The notes below the pieces were generated by a model, which saw only the letters and a list, made by a program, of their open reading frames with translations, did not search any database and was not told where the DNA came from. 64,000 nucleotides of DNA from an uncultured delta proteobacterium. Its GTDB lineage: Bacteria > Desulfobacterota > Desulfuromonadia > Geobacterales > DSM-12255. Made by a program: the position numbers and the translations under genes. Of the stretch, positions 1-9,172 are shown piece after piece (position 1 is the stretch's first letter; every line of letters starts with the position of its first letter). Location: positions 64,001 through 128,000 of the forward strand of contig CAWBBV010000005.1 of NCBI GenBank assembly GCA_963787125.1, written 5' to 3'.

Positions 1-884
1 TCAGGCGGATTGCGCTCCTCATGGGACCGTCCATCTTTGGCGTCGGCGTTTACTACCTTAATATCACCGTCGGCAACATCCTCGCCTCCCTGCTCCCCCA
101 GGGGAGTGTCTCCTACCTTTACTATGCCCAGAGACTCTTTGAGTTTCCCCAGGGGGTTTTCACGGTTTCAGTTGCCCAGGCGGTTCTCCCCTCCATGAGT
201 CGTCAGGCTGCAGCAGGTGACATTGATGCGCTCAAAGAGTCGCTCCAGTTTGGACTGCGACTAATGCTGTTTATCACCATCCCTGCCATGGCAGGCCTTA
301 TTGTCTGTGCAACGCCCATTTTCAGCCTGTTATTCATGGGTGGAGCATTTGATTTTGCCAAGGCGGTTGCATCCGGAGACGCCCTTGTCCAATATTCGCT
401 AGGCCTTGCAGCAGTTGCAATGATCAGGGTGCTGGCCCCGGCTTTTTATGCATTAAAAGACACAAGAACCCCAGTTGCAACCGCATTCATCGCCTTTATT
501 CTCAATCTTGTCTTCAGTCTGATGCTTATGCGGACCATGCTTCACAGTGGTCTGGCACTGGCGTCATCGCTATCTGCGTTCTGTAACATGCTTCTGCTGC
601 TCTATCTGCTCAGGCGCAAAATAGGCCCATTTGGCGGAAAGAAACTTCTGCTCGTAACCGTGAAGGGGATCTGCGCGGCTCTTCCGGCAGGAGCCGCGGC
701 CATGGCCATTCTTCAGCTCGCTTATTGGGGGCACTCCGGTGAAAAGCTTTTAAAAGGGGGGGTACTTGCAATCGCCATTCTTGCCGCAATAACAATTTAT
801 GCACTTTTGTCGCTACTTTTAAAAAGCGAGGAAGCCCGGGAAGCTCTAGCGCTTGTCAAGAGAAAGCTACGAAAAGGCGTATGA
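1..884 (+). CDS. murJ: Murein biosynthesis lipid II flippase MurJ (MviN), 5'-truncated by window edge
   Basis: Multi-TM ORF with MurJ-typical segments (LYYAQRLFEFPQG, FYALKDTRTP, GLALASSLS); frame is open to the window start. Confidence 0.93.
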   Translation, partial: RRIALLMGPSIFGVGVYYLNITVGNILASLLPQGSVSYLYYAQRLFEFPQGVFTVSVAQAVLPSMSRQAAAGDIDALKESLQFGLRLMLFITIPAMAGLIVCATPIFSLLFMGGAFDFAKAVASGDALVQYSLGLAAVAMIRVLAPAFYALKDTRTPVATAFIAFILNLVFSLMLMRTMLHSGLALASSLSAFCNMLLLLYLLRRKIGPFGGKKLLLVTVKGICAALPAGAAAMAILQLAYWGHSGEKLLKGGVLAIAILAAITIYALLSLLLKSEEAREALALVKRKLRKGV

Positions 885-967
885 GCCCGTAATGATTCCG
901 CTCCGTTATGAACAGTAAAATATAAATTGACTGAATTTATACATAGAAGACTAACCTGATCTGGTTG

Positions 968-980
968 TAACTGGCTGATT
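968..980 (-). promoter_or_regulatory. IHF-binding-site-like sequence
   Basis: Reverse complement AATCAGCCAGTTA fits WATCARNNNNTTR; lies in an AT-rich intergenic region. Confidence 0.45.
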
Positions 981-1056
981 TAACGATGATCAGTCATAAC
1001 ATGCTGTAATTACAGACATAACATATTGCCTAATAATTGAGCACTGAGCAAAAACA

Positions 1057-1128
1057 GGTGGATAAAATATCCCTTTAGGCTTCTCTCCACAAGTTTGTCC
1101 ACATGTTATCAACAGATTTTGTGGAGAA
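1057..1128. promoter_or_regulatory. Cluster of five DnaA-box-like 9-mers
   Basis: GGTGGATAA 1057-1065 (rev), CTCTCCACA 1083-1091, TTGTCCACA 1095-1103, TTATCAACA 1106-1114, TGTGGAGAA 1120-1128 (rev); each has 1-2 mismatches to TTATCCACA. Confidence 0.7.
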
Positions 1129-1196
1129 CCTTCTAGTTGCCTGAAATAGCGTACTATTTTCTATATAATAAAATTTATTCATTTATGGAGACAAAA

Positions 1197-2087
1197 ATGG
1201 ATCCGGAACTTGAGCAACAGTTGAAAAGGGTTTTGACAGCAGTTGAGAAACTGCTTCCAAAAGCAATTGCGCAAATTGACTGGAGAGTTTCCAAAGCAGC
1301 TGTCTGGCGCAGACACGCTCTGAGCGGCCATCTTGAGGCAGTCGTTGAAGGTCCCGGCATGCAACTTGACGATCTTCTCGGAATTGACCGTCAAAAAGAG
1401 ACCCTGGTGGACAATACCAGACAGTTTATCGCCGGTTTTCCGGCGAACAATGCCCTTCTCTGGGGAACCCGCGGCACCGGCAAGTCGTCTCTCGTTAAAG
1501 CGATTCTACACCGGTACGCAGACGCAGGCCTTCGGGTTGTGCAGGTAGACAAAAATGATCTGGTTCATCTGCCTGACATTGTGGCTGAAATCAAAACTGA
1601 GCCTTACCGGTTTATAATTTTTGCTGACGATGTATCTTTCGAAACCGGCGAATCGAGTTACAAGATGCTCAAAAGCGTCCTTGACGGTTCAGTCTATGCT
1701 CCGCCTGAAAATGCGCTTATTTATGTCACCTCCAACAGGCGGCACCTGCTCCCTGAATACGAAAATGATAATCGCGGCGCAATGCTGGTCAATAACGAAA
1801 TCCATCATGGCGAGTCGATTGAGGAGAAGATATCTTTGTCGGGCAGATTTGGTCTCTGGGTAGGTTTTCACCCGTTTACTCAGGATCAGTACATCGATGT
1901 TGCCCGGCAATGGACCGAAAAAGTGGCAGAGCGCAGCGGTTTTGATTTTGAATGGAGTAAGGAGATTGCCAAAGAGGCGCTGGACTGGTCTCATGTAAAA
2001 GGTGACAGAAGCGGCAGAATAGCCTGGCAGTTCGCCAATCAGTGGGTCGGGCGGGGGATGCTGAAAGGCGGGAACAGTAAAACCTGA
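1197..2087 (+). CDS. AAA+ ATP-binding protein (DUF815-like)
   Basis: Walker A GTRGTGKS, Walker B FIIFADD, TSNRRHL and EEKISLSGRFG motifs; GGAG RBS before ATG 1197. Confidence 0.85.
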   Translation: MDPELEQQLKRVLTAVEKLLPKAIAQIDWRVSKAAVWRRHALSGHLEAVVEGPGMQLDDLLGIDRQKETLVDNTRQFIAGFPANNALLWGTRGTGKSSLVKAILHRYADAGLRVVQVDKNDLVHLPDIVAEIKTEPYRFIIFADDVSFETGESSYKMLKSVLDGSVYAPPENALIYVTSNRRHLLPEYENDNRGAMLVNNEIHHGESIEEKISLSGRFGLWVGFHPFTQDQYIDVARQWTEKVAERSGFDFEWSKEIAKEALDWSHVKGDRSGRIAWQFANQWVGRGMLKGGNSKT

Positions 2088-2120
2088 AGGCGGGATTCGG
2101 GATCAGAAAAGTCTTTACAA

Positions 2121-2927
2121 TTATCGGTTCCCAGTTCCCTGTTCTCGCTTTTTTGCCTCTTCCCACAACCTTTCCATTTCGGCAGTCGAAGCGTCCTTCA
2201 GATTTACCCCTTGGGCGTGCAGGGTATCCTCGATATGGCTGAAGCGGCTTTCGAAGCGGTTGATGGTCTTCCTGAGCGCCTCTTCCGGGTTCACCGAGAT
2301 GAATCTCCCCAGATTGACAATGGCAAAAAGGAGATCGCCCAGTTCGGCCTCCATCCGCTCCTGATTACCTTCCTGCATAGTCTCCTCAAGCTCGTGCAAC
2401 TCCTCCAGCACCTTGGCATAGACCTGATCAGTATGTTCCCAGTCAAAGCCGACCCTGGCGGCTTTTTCCGTGATCTTCTGCGCTTTCATCAGCGAGGGGA
2501 GGTTTGGCGGCACACCGGAGAGGGCTGATTTGCGCTCTTCCCCTTTTTCCTCTTTCTTGATCTTCTCCCAGTTGGCTACCTGCTCATCACTGGTTTTAAT
2601 CTCCTGGTCGCCAAAAACATGGGGGTGACGGCGCACGAGTTTAGCAGAAAGTGTTTCCAGAACGTCAGCCATTGTAAAGGCGCCGCGCTCTTCAGAAATC
2701 GCAGCGTGGAATATGGGCTGCAGAAGCAGATCGCCGAGCTCTTCCCTAAGGTAGCCTTCGTCACCCTTGTCAATCGCCTCTACGACCTCATAGCACTCTT
2801 CTATCAGGTATCTTTTCAGCGAGTCATGGGTCTGCTCCGCATCCCAGGGACAGCCACCGGGGGCCCGCAGGCGGCGCATGATATTCATGACAGTAGCAAA
2901 AGCATCAGCTTCATTCTTAATTAGCAT
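2121..2927 (-). CDS. mazG: Nucleoside triphosphate pyrophosphohydrolase MazG
   Basis: GCPWDAEQT, EELGDLL and RRHPHVFG motifs, plus a second EAELGDLLF domain. Confidence 0.95.
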   Translation of the reverse strand: MLIKNEADAFATVMNIMRRLRAPGGCPWDAEQTHDSLKRYLIEECYEVVEAIDKGDEGYLREELGDLLLQPIFHAAISEERGAFTMADVLETLSAKLVRRHPHVFGDQEIKTSDEQVANWEKIKKEEKGEERKSALSGVPPNLPSLMKAQKITEKAARVGFDWEHTDQVYAKVLEELHELEETMQEGNQERMEAELGDLLFAIVNLGRFISVNPEEALRKTINRFESRFSHIEDTLHAQGVNLKDASTAEMERLWEEAKKREQGTGNR

Positions 2928-2964
2928 ATTACTTCACACCGAAATTCCTGATTACAAATGATTA

Positions 2965-3807
2965 TCATTTTTTATCCTTGAGTTCATAATACTGGACTGC
3001 CATTGCTCGACTATCTGGATGAATATCCATGAGCTTTTCGAGAATATCCTGCAATAGTCCGGTCTGGCTAGGGTGCTGGGCAAAGACGGCATCTTTGAAA
3101 TCTGCACCAATCAGATCTATGTCATTCCGAGTTGCCACTACCAGAATGGCTTCTTTAGCTACCGACGATTTAGATGACTTGAACAGCTTCATCTTTTTGC
3201 TGCCCATAGTCATTGGATCCGGGAAAATCGCCTTTTCGCCTCGCTTCACAAAACGATCCAGCTTGAACTTGTTCGGGAGCAGCACAGTCACCTTGTCATC
3301 TTCAAGGATATTGAAAACAGTGATATAGGCATCCTTGCCTGACTGCACCGAAAGCTGCATTTCGTCTCCGGAGTGATAGGAACTGCGATTAAGCTCCAGT
3401 TTCAAAGGAAACCCGCTATCCCTGTCTCTGTCCACCGCGACCAAACCTTTGAGCCGGACACGATAGATATGCTTTGGCAGTTCACCAGCCCTGCCAGTGA
3501 CATCTTCGTACTCCCACTTGACGTCACTGGTTTTTTTCACCCAGGCATAACTCTGAGCGCTGACAAAGTCAGCAAGCATTGTGGCATCTTTGACAATAGT
3601 TTCATTGAGGATTTTTTCACCTGCCACCTGTTCGATGGCACGCGCTTTAGCCCTGGCAAGACAGAGTTTTCTGGCTGCTTCCGGAGTCATCTCTTCAACG
3701 ACAACCTCACCCATAACTTCGTCGCTCCAGCGCTCTTCAACGGGCTGCTTGGCACCACAAATCATGAACGCTATAACAGCTATGAACAGCAGTAATCGCA
3801 CGTTCAC
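2965..3807 (-). CDS. Exported DUF4384-domain protein
   Basis: Signal peptide; C-terminal YHSGDEMQLSVQSGKDAYITVFNI...VTVLLPN...ILVVAT resembles DUF4384; 4-nt GTGA overlap with upstream gene. Confidence 0.7.
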   Translation of the reverse strand: MNVRLLLFIAVIAFMICGAKQPVEERWSDEVMGEVVVEEMTPEAARKLCLARAKARAIEQVAGEKILNETIVKDATMLADFVSAQSYAWVKKTSDVKWEYEDVTGRAGELPKHIYRVRLKGLVAVDRDRDSGFPLKLELNRSSYHSGDEMQLSVQSGKDAYITVFNILEDDKVTVLLPNKFKLDRFVKRGEKAIFPDPMTMGSKKMKLFKSSKSSVAKEAILVVATRNDIDLIGADFKDAVFAQHPSQTGLLQDILEKLMDIHPDSRAMAVQYYELKDKK

Positions 3808-6638
3808 AGAGCCACTCGCTTGCTAATGATCAAGCCTTTGCCATTCCCCTGAATTACCGGTGTCTGCGGCGCATTGCGCTGCTTGCTCGCAATCGGAGGG
3901 ACTTCGGCTCGCAGGTAGCTGTAAAGCTCGTCTACATCGACCATGCCGTCACCGTTTTTATCAGGAGCCGCGCCATTCATCCCTTTAAGCAGATAGTAGG
4001 TGAACAGTCCGTGCTTTTTCTCATCGTAATCCCAGCTTGCCTCCTTTGCCCCGCTCGCATTAATGATGACCGCCTCAGTCGGGGCATCATCGTCATCAGC
4101 CCAGGCAACACCACGGCCCCCCTCTGGGGTCTCTGAGCGACCTTCTCCGGTATAACAAGCGTCAAGGGCAATCAATACCCGCTTAGTCCTGAATTTATTA
4201 ACCTCTTCTTTAAGTTTCAACACGGGGAAGCCGGTATCATCAACCGCCTGTGGTTCGCCTTCGTAAGGGAGCAGATAAGGGCGGTGACCAGCATCGGCAA
4301 CACCATGACCTGAGTAATAGATAACTACACTGGATTTTTCCTGGGCGTTTCTGCGAATCCAGCCAAGCTCTTTTTGAATACCGCCAATAGTAGCCTGTTC
4401 GTCAGCAAGCATCCGGATATTCTCACGAGGAAAGCCGCCAACCTTTTCCAGATATTCACGCATTGCCTGCGCATCATTCTTGGCAAACTGAAGCGGCTTG
4501 ACACCAGCTGACTTGTACTGACTGATACCAATCACGAGAGCGTAACCGTCACGCTTGTAACCGGACGCACGCACATCATCAATATTTTCACCGGCAACAG
4601 GCAGACTCTTATTGCTCAGCACCTTGGGGGACACAGCAGCGGCTACAGTAACATTGGCATCCATAGAACCGGCCTCAAGAATTGTCTTGCGGCTCACTTC
4701 TGCTACTTTGAGCGCAAAAGTCTCCTCAACAGCATTGACAGTAAAACTTACCTGCCCGGCACTCCCAACAGGAGCTTTGAATTTAAAAAGAACCAGCTTC
4801 TCTTCCCCCGGCTTCAGATTTGCCACCTCCTGCTCCGCAGGGCTTATGCCCAGTCGTGATACTGGTTTGTCTGAAACAAGTGAGACGTTGACCCTGTCAG
4901 CTACCATAGTCCCGCTGTTGGCAATCCGCACCTGGACCACAATTCGCTCATCTTCCTCAATCTGACCGTTGCCGTTACCACTTGACTGACCATCTCGATC
5001 GTTGCCGTCAAAATAAACTACATCTGCGATCTTGATGTTAGGCTTGTTAAAACGATACTCCATGCTGTAGCTCTTCTGCGAAGGCTTTCCGAGAGGGCGC
5101 TTATCGGCAACAGCCAGGGAAAACACAACAGTGGGAATATTTTCGCCATATCTTTTATCAAACTTGAGCGTGAAGGGGATTTTCTGGGTAGATTTGGGGG
5201 CAATATCACCCAGGTCAAATGAACTGCGGGAGGGAGTAACTCCCTCAGGGAGATTCACGAGAGTAACCTTCACCCCTTGCGCTTCACCTATGCCGTTATT
5301 CACAACAGTGGCGGTAACATCAACAGAGTCATTGTTCTGCGGTGTGCCGGTATGACTTATTGCATCTACATAGAGTGCAGGCCGGTCAATGGCCCTAATA
5401 GCGATGGGAGAGATTTTCAACTTTTTGCTATCCTGACCAAACTCTTCTTTTGCCTGTAGCGTCAGGTTGAGCTTGCAATCTACAGCGTCAAGCCCGGCGC
5501 TGATGGGTACATTTACAGTCTTACTCTCATTGGGCTTGATATCACCCACAGAAATATTGTCCGCAAAGGTTACCTCTTTACATTGATCACCTGTAACCTG
5601 CAGACGAACGCCCCAGGCAGAACCTTCCTTATCCAGATTGGTAATGGTGACATTGAGGCCACCGTTATCGTTGCCGCTAAGAACGCCTGTTTTCAGCCCC
5701 CCGTCAAAAGAGAGATCCTTGGCAATAGCCAACTGTGGCGGTTTACGGGACGCCAATGCCTTATCAACATCGGCAGTAGTGATTTGAGACTTTTTGCTCG
5801 CACCTTTATAGCGATACTCGACATAGGCTTCACCGCTGGCGGGGAAGTTACTCTTAATTTTGGCAAGGTCAAGTGTGGCCGTGCCGTTACTGTTTATTGG
5901 AAGCTCATCGGTATAAATCAGATTTGAAGCTGATTTGGATAGTACATCAGATGCTTCAGCAGCCTGAACAGATTTATCAGGTAGCGCCTTTTTAACTTTT
6001 TTCGCCTTCTTTACCTTTTTTTTGGGGTTTTCATCGGTGCTGACATTAGAAATCTCACTAACACTGTTTTGAGCTACTGGCTCTGCCGGAACCACACCTG
6101 ACCTTATGCTGGCGATTACCGTGCCGCTGTTCAGCATTACCTCTTTTATTTTGACGTCAGTATAGACACTCTCAGTTACATATTCGCCTTCAACTACAGA
6201 TTTGTCAGTCCAGTAAGTGCACTCATTTTTATTGGAATCTTTACTGCAATTAGGAAGAGGGCCGAATAACATCTTGAACCACCCTACTGGATCTACAAAG
6301 GCCAACGGGAACGTGGCTAAGAGGAGGGGTCTTAGCACAACATTATTAAAAATTGAATATTGTAAACCAACATTGCCTTTTTTGCTGTATTCAACTTTTT
6401 CGTGATACTTCTCGACCTTCTTTCCGTAAGAAACTTCTTCGTACACCTTTAAACTGGTGGGTGAGTTGAGAGATATAACGGTTTTCCTCTCTTTTTCAGA
6501 GACAGAATCACTGACAACCTCTTTAACAAAGTTGCCCTTCTTGAACTCCGTACTGATAACTTGGCTACAGCCAGAACATAAAAACGTAAAAGCTATTAAC
6601 CACAATAGAGACGACCGCATAAATAAACCTCTTCGCAT
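3804..6638 (-). CDS. Lipoprotein with CARDB/Ig-like repeats and C-terminal caspase-like (peptidase C14) domain
   Basis: Lipobox-like LCSGC; beta-rich repeats (TVVNNGIGEAQGV, RIANSGTMVADRV); C14 motifs YALVIGIS, YYSGHG (His), LDACYTG (Cys), HGLFTYYLL; EF-hand-like DKNGDGMVDVDE. Confidence 0.85.
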   Translation of the reverse strand: MRRGLFMRSSLLWLIAFTFLCSGCSQVISTEFKKGNFVKEVVSDSVSEKERKTVISLNSPTSLKVYEEVSYGKKVEKYHEKVEYSKKGNVGLQYSIFNNVVLRPLLLATFPLAFVDPVGWFKMLFGPLPNCSKDSNKNECTYWTDKSVVEGEYVTESVYTDVKIKEVMLNSGTVIASIRSGVVPAEPVAQNSVSEISNVSTDENPKKKVKKAKKVKKALPDKSVQAAEASDVLSKSASNLIYTDELPINSNGTATLDLAKIKSNFPASGEAYVEYRYKGASKKSQITTADVDKALASRKPPQLAIAKDLSFDGGLKTGVLSGNDNGGLNVTITNLDKEGSAWGVRLQVTGDQCKEVTFADNISVGDIKPNESKTVNVPISAGLDAVDCKLNLTLQAKEEFGQDSKKLKISPIAIRAIDRPALYVDAISHTGTPQNNDSVDVTATVVNNGIGEAQGVKVTLVNLPEGVTPSRSSFDLGDIAPKSTQKIPFTLKFDKRYGENIPTVVFSLAVADKRPLGKPSQKSYSMEYRFNKPNIKIADVVYFDGNDRDGQSSGNGNGQIEEDERIVVQVRIANSGTMVADRVNVSLVSDKPVSRLGISPAEQEVANLKPGEEKLVLFKFKAPVGSAGQVSFTVNAVEETFALKVAEVSRKTILEAGSMDANVTVAAAVSPKVLSNKSLPVAGENIDDVRASGYKRDGYALVIGISQYKSAGVKPLQFAKNDAQAMREYLEKVGGFPRENIRMLADEQATIGGIQKELGWIRRNAQEKSSVVIYYSGHGVADAGHRPYLLPYEGEPQAVDDTGFPVLKLKEEVNKFRTKRVLIALDACYTGEGRSETPEGGRGVAWADDDDAPTEAVIINASGAKEASWDYDEKKHGLFTYYLLKGMNGAAPDKNGDGMVDVDELYSYLRAEVPPIASKQRNAPQTPVIQGNGKGLIISKRVAL

Positions 6639-6709
6639 TAAATTTGACAGCCTGTATGACTTATTCGCTGAACATTGGCAAATAGTGCTTCAATCCCGTG
6701 AGCATCTTT

Positions 6710-7246
6710 TTAGCGGAACTCCCCTGGTACACCCGCATTCTCGGCAGCTTCTGTGAGAGCCTCAAGCTTTTTCCTGGCTTTGCCGATGCGCACATCGAAA
6801 TCACGTGCAGTATTCTGGAGGGCAAGGTACTCGCCACGTGACAGCTTGCCGGCATCTGCCATCCGCTCCTTGATCCCTGCAGCCTGGTCTTCAAGGGATT
6901 TCAGCTCATATTTCTGCCGGGCAAAATCCTGCTTCCAGGCAGCGCCATCCTTGCCGTCAAAAAGCGGTGCGTCTTTACCTTTTGATTTTTCGGCCCCGAC
7001 AGCAGTCTGAGAGCCCTTCCCATCAGCACCTTTTTTGACACTCTTGTCAGGTTGGCTATTTTCGATGATCTCTACAGCCTGGTCCTGTTTTTCAGTGACA
7101 GCGGCATTATCCCGATATTTTTTGGGAACCTTACCCAGATCATCCGAAAAGCCTGTCTGCCCCTTTTCATCAACCCATTTATATATTTCTGCAGTACAGA
7201 GTGCAGGAACTGCGAGCAACAACACTGTTACAATGAAATTTCGCAT
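6710..7246 (-). CDS. DUF4124-domain exported protein
   Basis: Signal peptide then AEIYKWVDEKGQTGFSD; C-terminal coiled coil. Confidence 0.85.
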   Translation of the reverse strand: MRNFIVTVLLLAVPALCTAEIYKWVDEKGQTGFSDDLGKVPKKYRDNAAVTEKQDQAVEIIENSQPDKSVKKGADGKGSQTAVGAEKSKGKDAPLFDGKDGAAWKQDFARQKYELKSLEDQAAGIKERMADAGKLSRGEYLALQNTARDFDVRIGKARKKLEALTEAAENAGVPGEFR

Positions 7247-7364
7247 GTTAATCCTCCATGTTTTGTTTAAGTAGCCAGTATCCGTTAATCAGTAGAAAAG
7301 CGTCTGAGTCATCGGTTTCTATTCTGACTACTGGCAGCTGCATACTGTTTACTGCCCCCTGTTC

Positions 7365-7706
7365 TCAGCCCGGCGGCCAGGCAAGACTTCTTCCGGCCAG
7401 CAGATGAAAATGGATATGAAAAACCGACTGTCCGGCATCACCGTTGTTGTTGGTTACTATCCTAAACCCACTTTCAGCAAAGCCACGCTCAGTGGCAATC
7501 TTCGCGGCAATCCGGTGGAGATGGCCGATAAGTTCATCGTTTTCAGGTAACAGATCAAGGGTATTAACGATATGCTTCTTCGGGATCAGGAGCAGATGCA
7601 GAGGTGCGGCAGGATTTATATCCTCGATCACCAGCAGCTGTTCATCCTGATAAACTATTTTGGCAGGAATCTCACCATTCGCAATTTTACAAAAAAGGCA
7701 GGACAT
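7365..7706 (-). CDS. hinT: Histidine triad (HIT) nucleotide-binding protein
   Basis: CLFCKI and GQSVFHIHFHLL histidine triad. Confidence 0.93.
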   Translation of the reverse strand: MSCLFCKIANGEIPAKIVYQDEQLLVIEDINPAAPLHLLLIPKKHIVNTLDLLPENDELIGHLHRIAAKIATERGFAESGFRIVTNNNGDAGQSVFHIHFHLLAGRSLAWPPG

Positions 7707-7724
7707 AGTTTCAAACCCCCTTAC

Positions 7725-8456
7725 TCAATAAAGTTTTTTCAGATAGACGAGAAATTCCCGGTTCCCTTTCGGTCCGGTGATTGGCGACTCTGTCACCCCG
7801 GCGACCTCAAGATTCAAGCTACCTGCCTGTTCACATACTGATTTAATCACGGCATCATGTTTCTCAGGATCCCTGACAACCCCTCCCCTGCCGACCTCAC
7901 CTCTCCCCACCTCAAACTGCGGCTTGATGAGAGCAATGACCGTTCCAAAACTCTTAACCAAACTCAAAGTATTGGGAAGCACTTTGTCTAATGAGATAAA
8001 AGATGCGTCAATAACCGCCATATCCGGCGCAAAAGGGAGGGTTTCCGGCTGCAGATAGCGAATATTGGTTTTTTCCAGCGAGAGCACCCGTTCATCCTGC
8101 TGCAGCTTCCAGGCTAACTGACCATAACCGACATCAACGGCAAAAACACTTGCCGCACCCCGCTGCAGGAGACAATCAGTGAATCCTCCGGTAGATGCGC
8201 CGACATCCATAACCGTAAGACCGGTGACATCAACAGCAAACTCGTTAAGAGCTTTTTCCAGCTTGAGTCCGCCACGGCTGACAAAAGGGAGATCATTTTT
8301 GATTCTGACCTCAAGAGCATCGTCCACAAGTTGACCGGCTTTCTCGACCTTGTGCTCACCGATTATCACCTGCCCGGCCATGATAAGCGCCCTTGCCCGC
8401 TCCCGTGAAGGGACAAGGCCACTTTCTGTGAGGAGCTTGTCCGCTCGCACCTTCAT
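7725..8456 (-). CDS. tlyA: TlyA-family rRNA methyltransferase
   Basis: S4 domain, FVSRGGLKL, DVGASTGGFTD, KPQFE, GPKGNREF. Confidence 0.93.
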   Translation of the reverse strand: MKVRADKLLTESGLVPSRERARALIMAGQVIIGEHKVEKAGQLVDDALEVRIKNDLPFVSRGGLKLEKALNEFAVDVTGLTVMDVGASTGGFTDCLLQRGAASVFAVDVGYGQLAWKLQQDERVLSLEKTNIRYLQPETLPFAPDMAVIDASFISLDKVLPNTLSLVKSFGTVIALIKPQFEVGRGEVGRGGVVRDPEKHDAVIKSVCEQAGSLNLEVAGVTESPITGPKGNREFLVYLKKLY

Positions 8457-8478
8457 TGGTGAGCTCCCTGCAAACCCA

Positions 8479-9168
8479 TTACTCCCACCCCATGGCAACC
8501 CGCTTTACCCCGGCAAGAGCTGAAAGGACATGGACCGGATTGTCAGTAAGATCCTTGGAGTTATACTTTACCTGGTAGACAAGATGCAGCTCAGTGGTGA
8601 TATTGTTTTTTTCGATACTAGAGTGCAGAGGGTGGACCTTGCATACATCCAAGAGCTCTTCAATCTTCTGCATCTGTTGGGGCAAATCTTCAGTCCATAT
8701 TCGCAGATATACGTAAGTATCGCGCTTAAGCATACTCTCCACTTTTTTAAGAAAAAGCAGACTTGCCAGAGAGATCAGGGTAACAGTCATGGAGAGGCCA
8801 AAAAGACCGACTCCACAGGCAATGCCGATTGCAGCAGCAAGCCAGAGGCAGGCAGCCGTAGTCAACCCTCTGACTGAAAATCTTTCCCTGATAATGGCGC
8901 CGGCGCCGAGAAAGCCGATACCGGTCACTACCTGGGCAGCAACCCTTCCCGGATCAACTCCCACCGGTTGAGTGCCGCTGAAGTTGCCGTACAGGGTGTA
9001 AAAATGGATTGAAGTGATCACAAAGAGGCAGGAACCAATGGAAACGAGCAGATGCGTCCGAAATCCTGCCGGACGGCCATGTACCTCCCGCTCCAAACCT
9101 ATCATCCCTCCGAGAAAGGCGGCAAGCAGAAGCTTGCAGAGGGTTATCATGTCGAAAGTCATTTCCAT
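8479..9168 (-). CDS. MgtC/SapB family membrane protein
   Basis: IGLERE..GRPAGFRTH, AAQVVTGIGFLGAG, GLTTAA. Confidence 0.92.
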   Translation of the reverse strand: MEMTFDMITLCKLLLAAFLGGMIGLEREVHGRPAGFRTHLLVSIGSCLFVITSIHFYTLYGNFSGTQPVGVDPGRVAAQVVTGIGFLGAGAIIRERFSVRGLTTAACLWLAAAIGIACGVGLFGLSMTVTLISLASLLFLKKVESMLKRDTYVYLRIWTEDLPQQMQKIEELLDVCKVHPLHSSIEKNNITTELHLVYQVKYNSKDLTDNPVHVLSALAGVKRVAMGWE

Positions 9169-9172
9169 AAGG

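Noticed and set aside
2965..6638. Caspase as part of a gasdermin, CBASS or type III CRISPR defence system; mazG as its effector
   Set aside because: No gasdermin, cyclase, SAVED/CARF or cas gene nearby; the protease appears exported; mazG is the ordinary two-domain type
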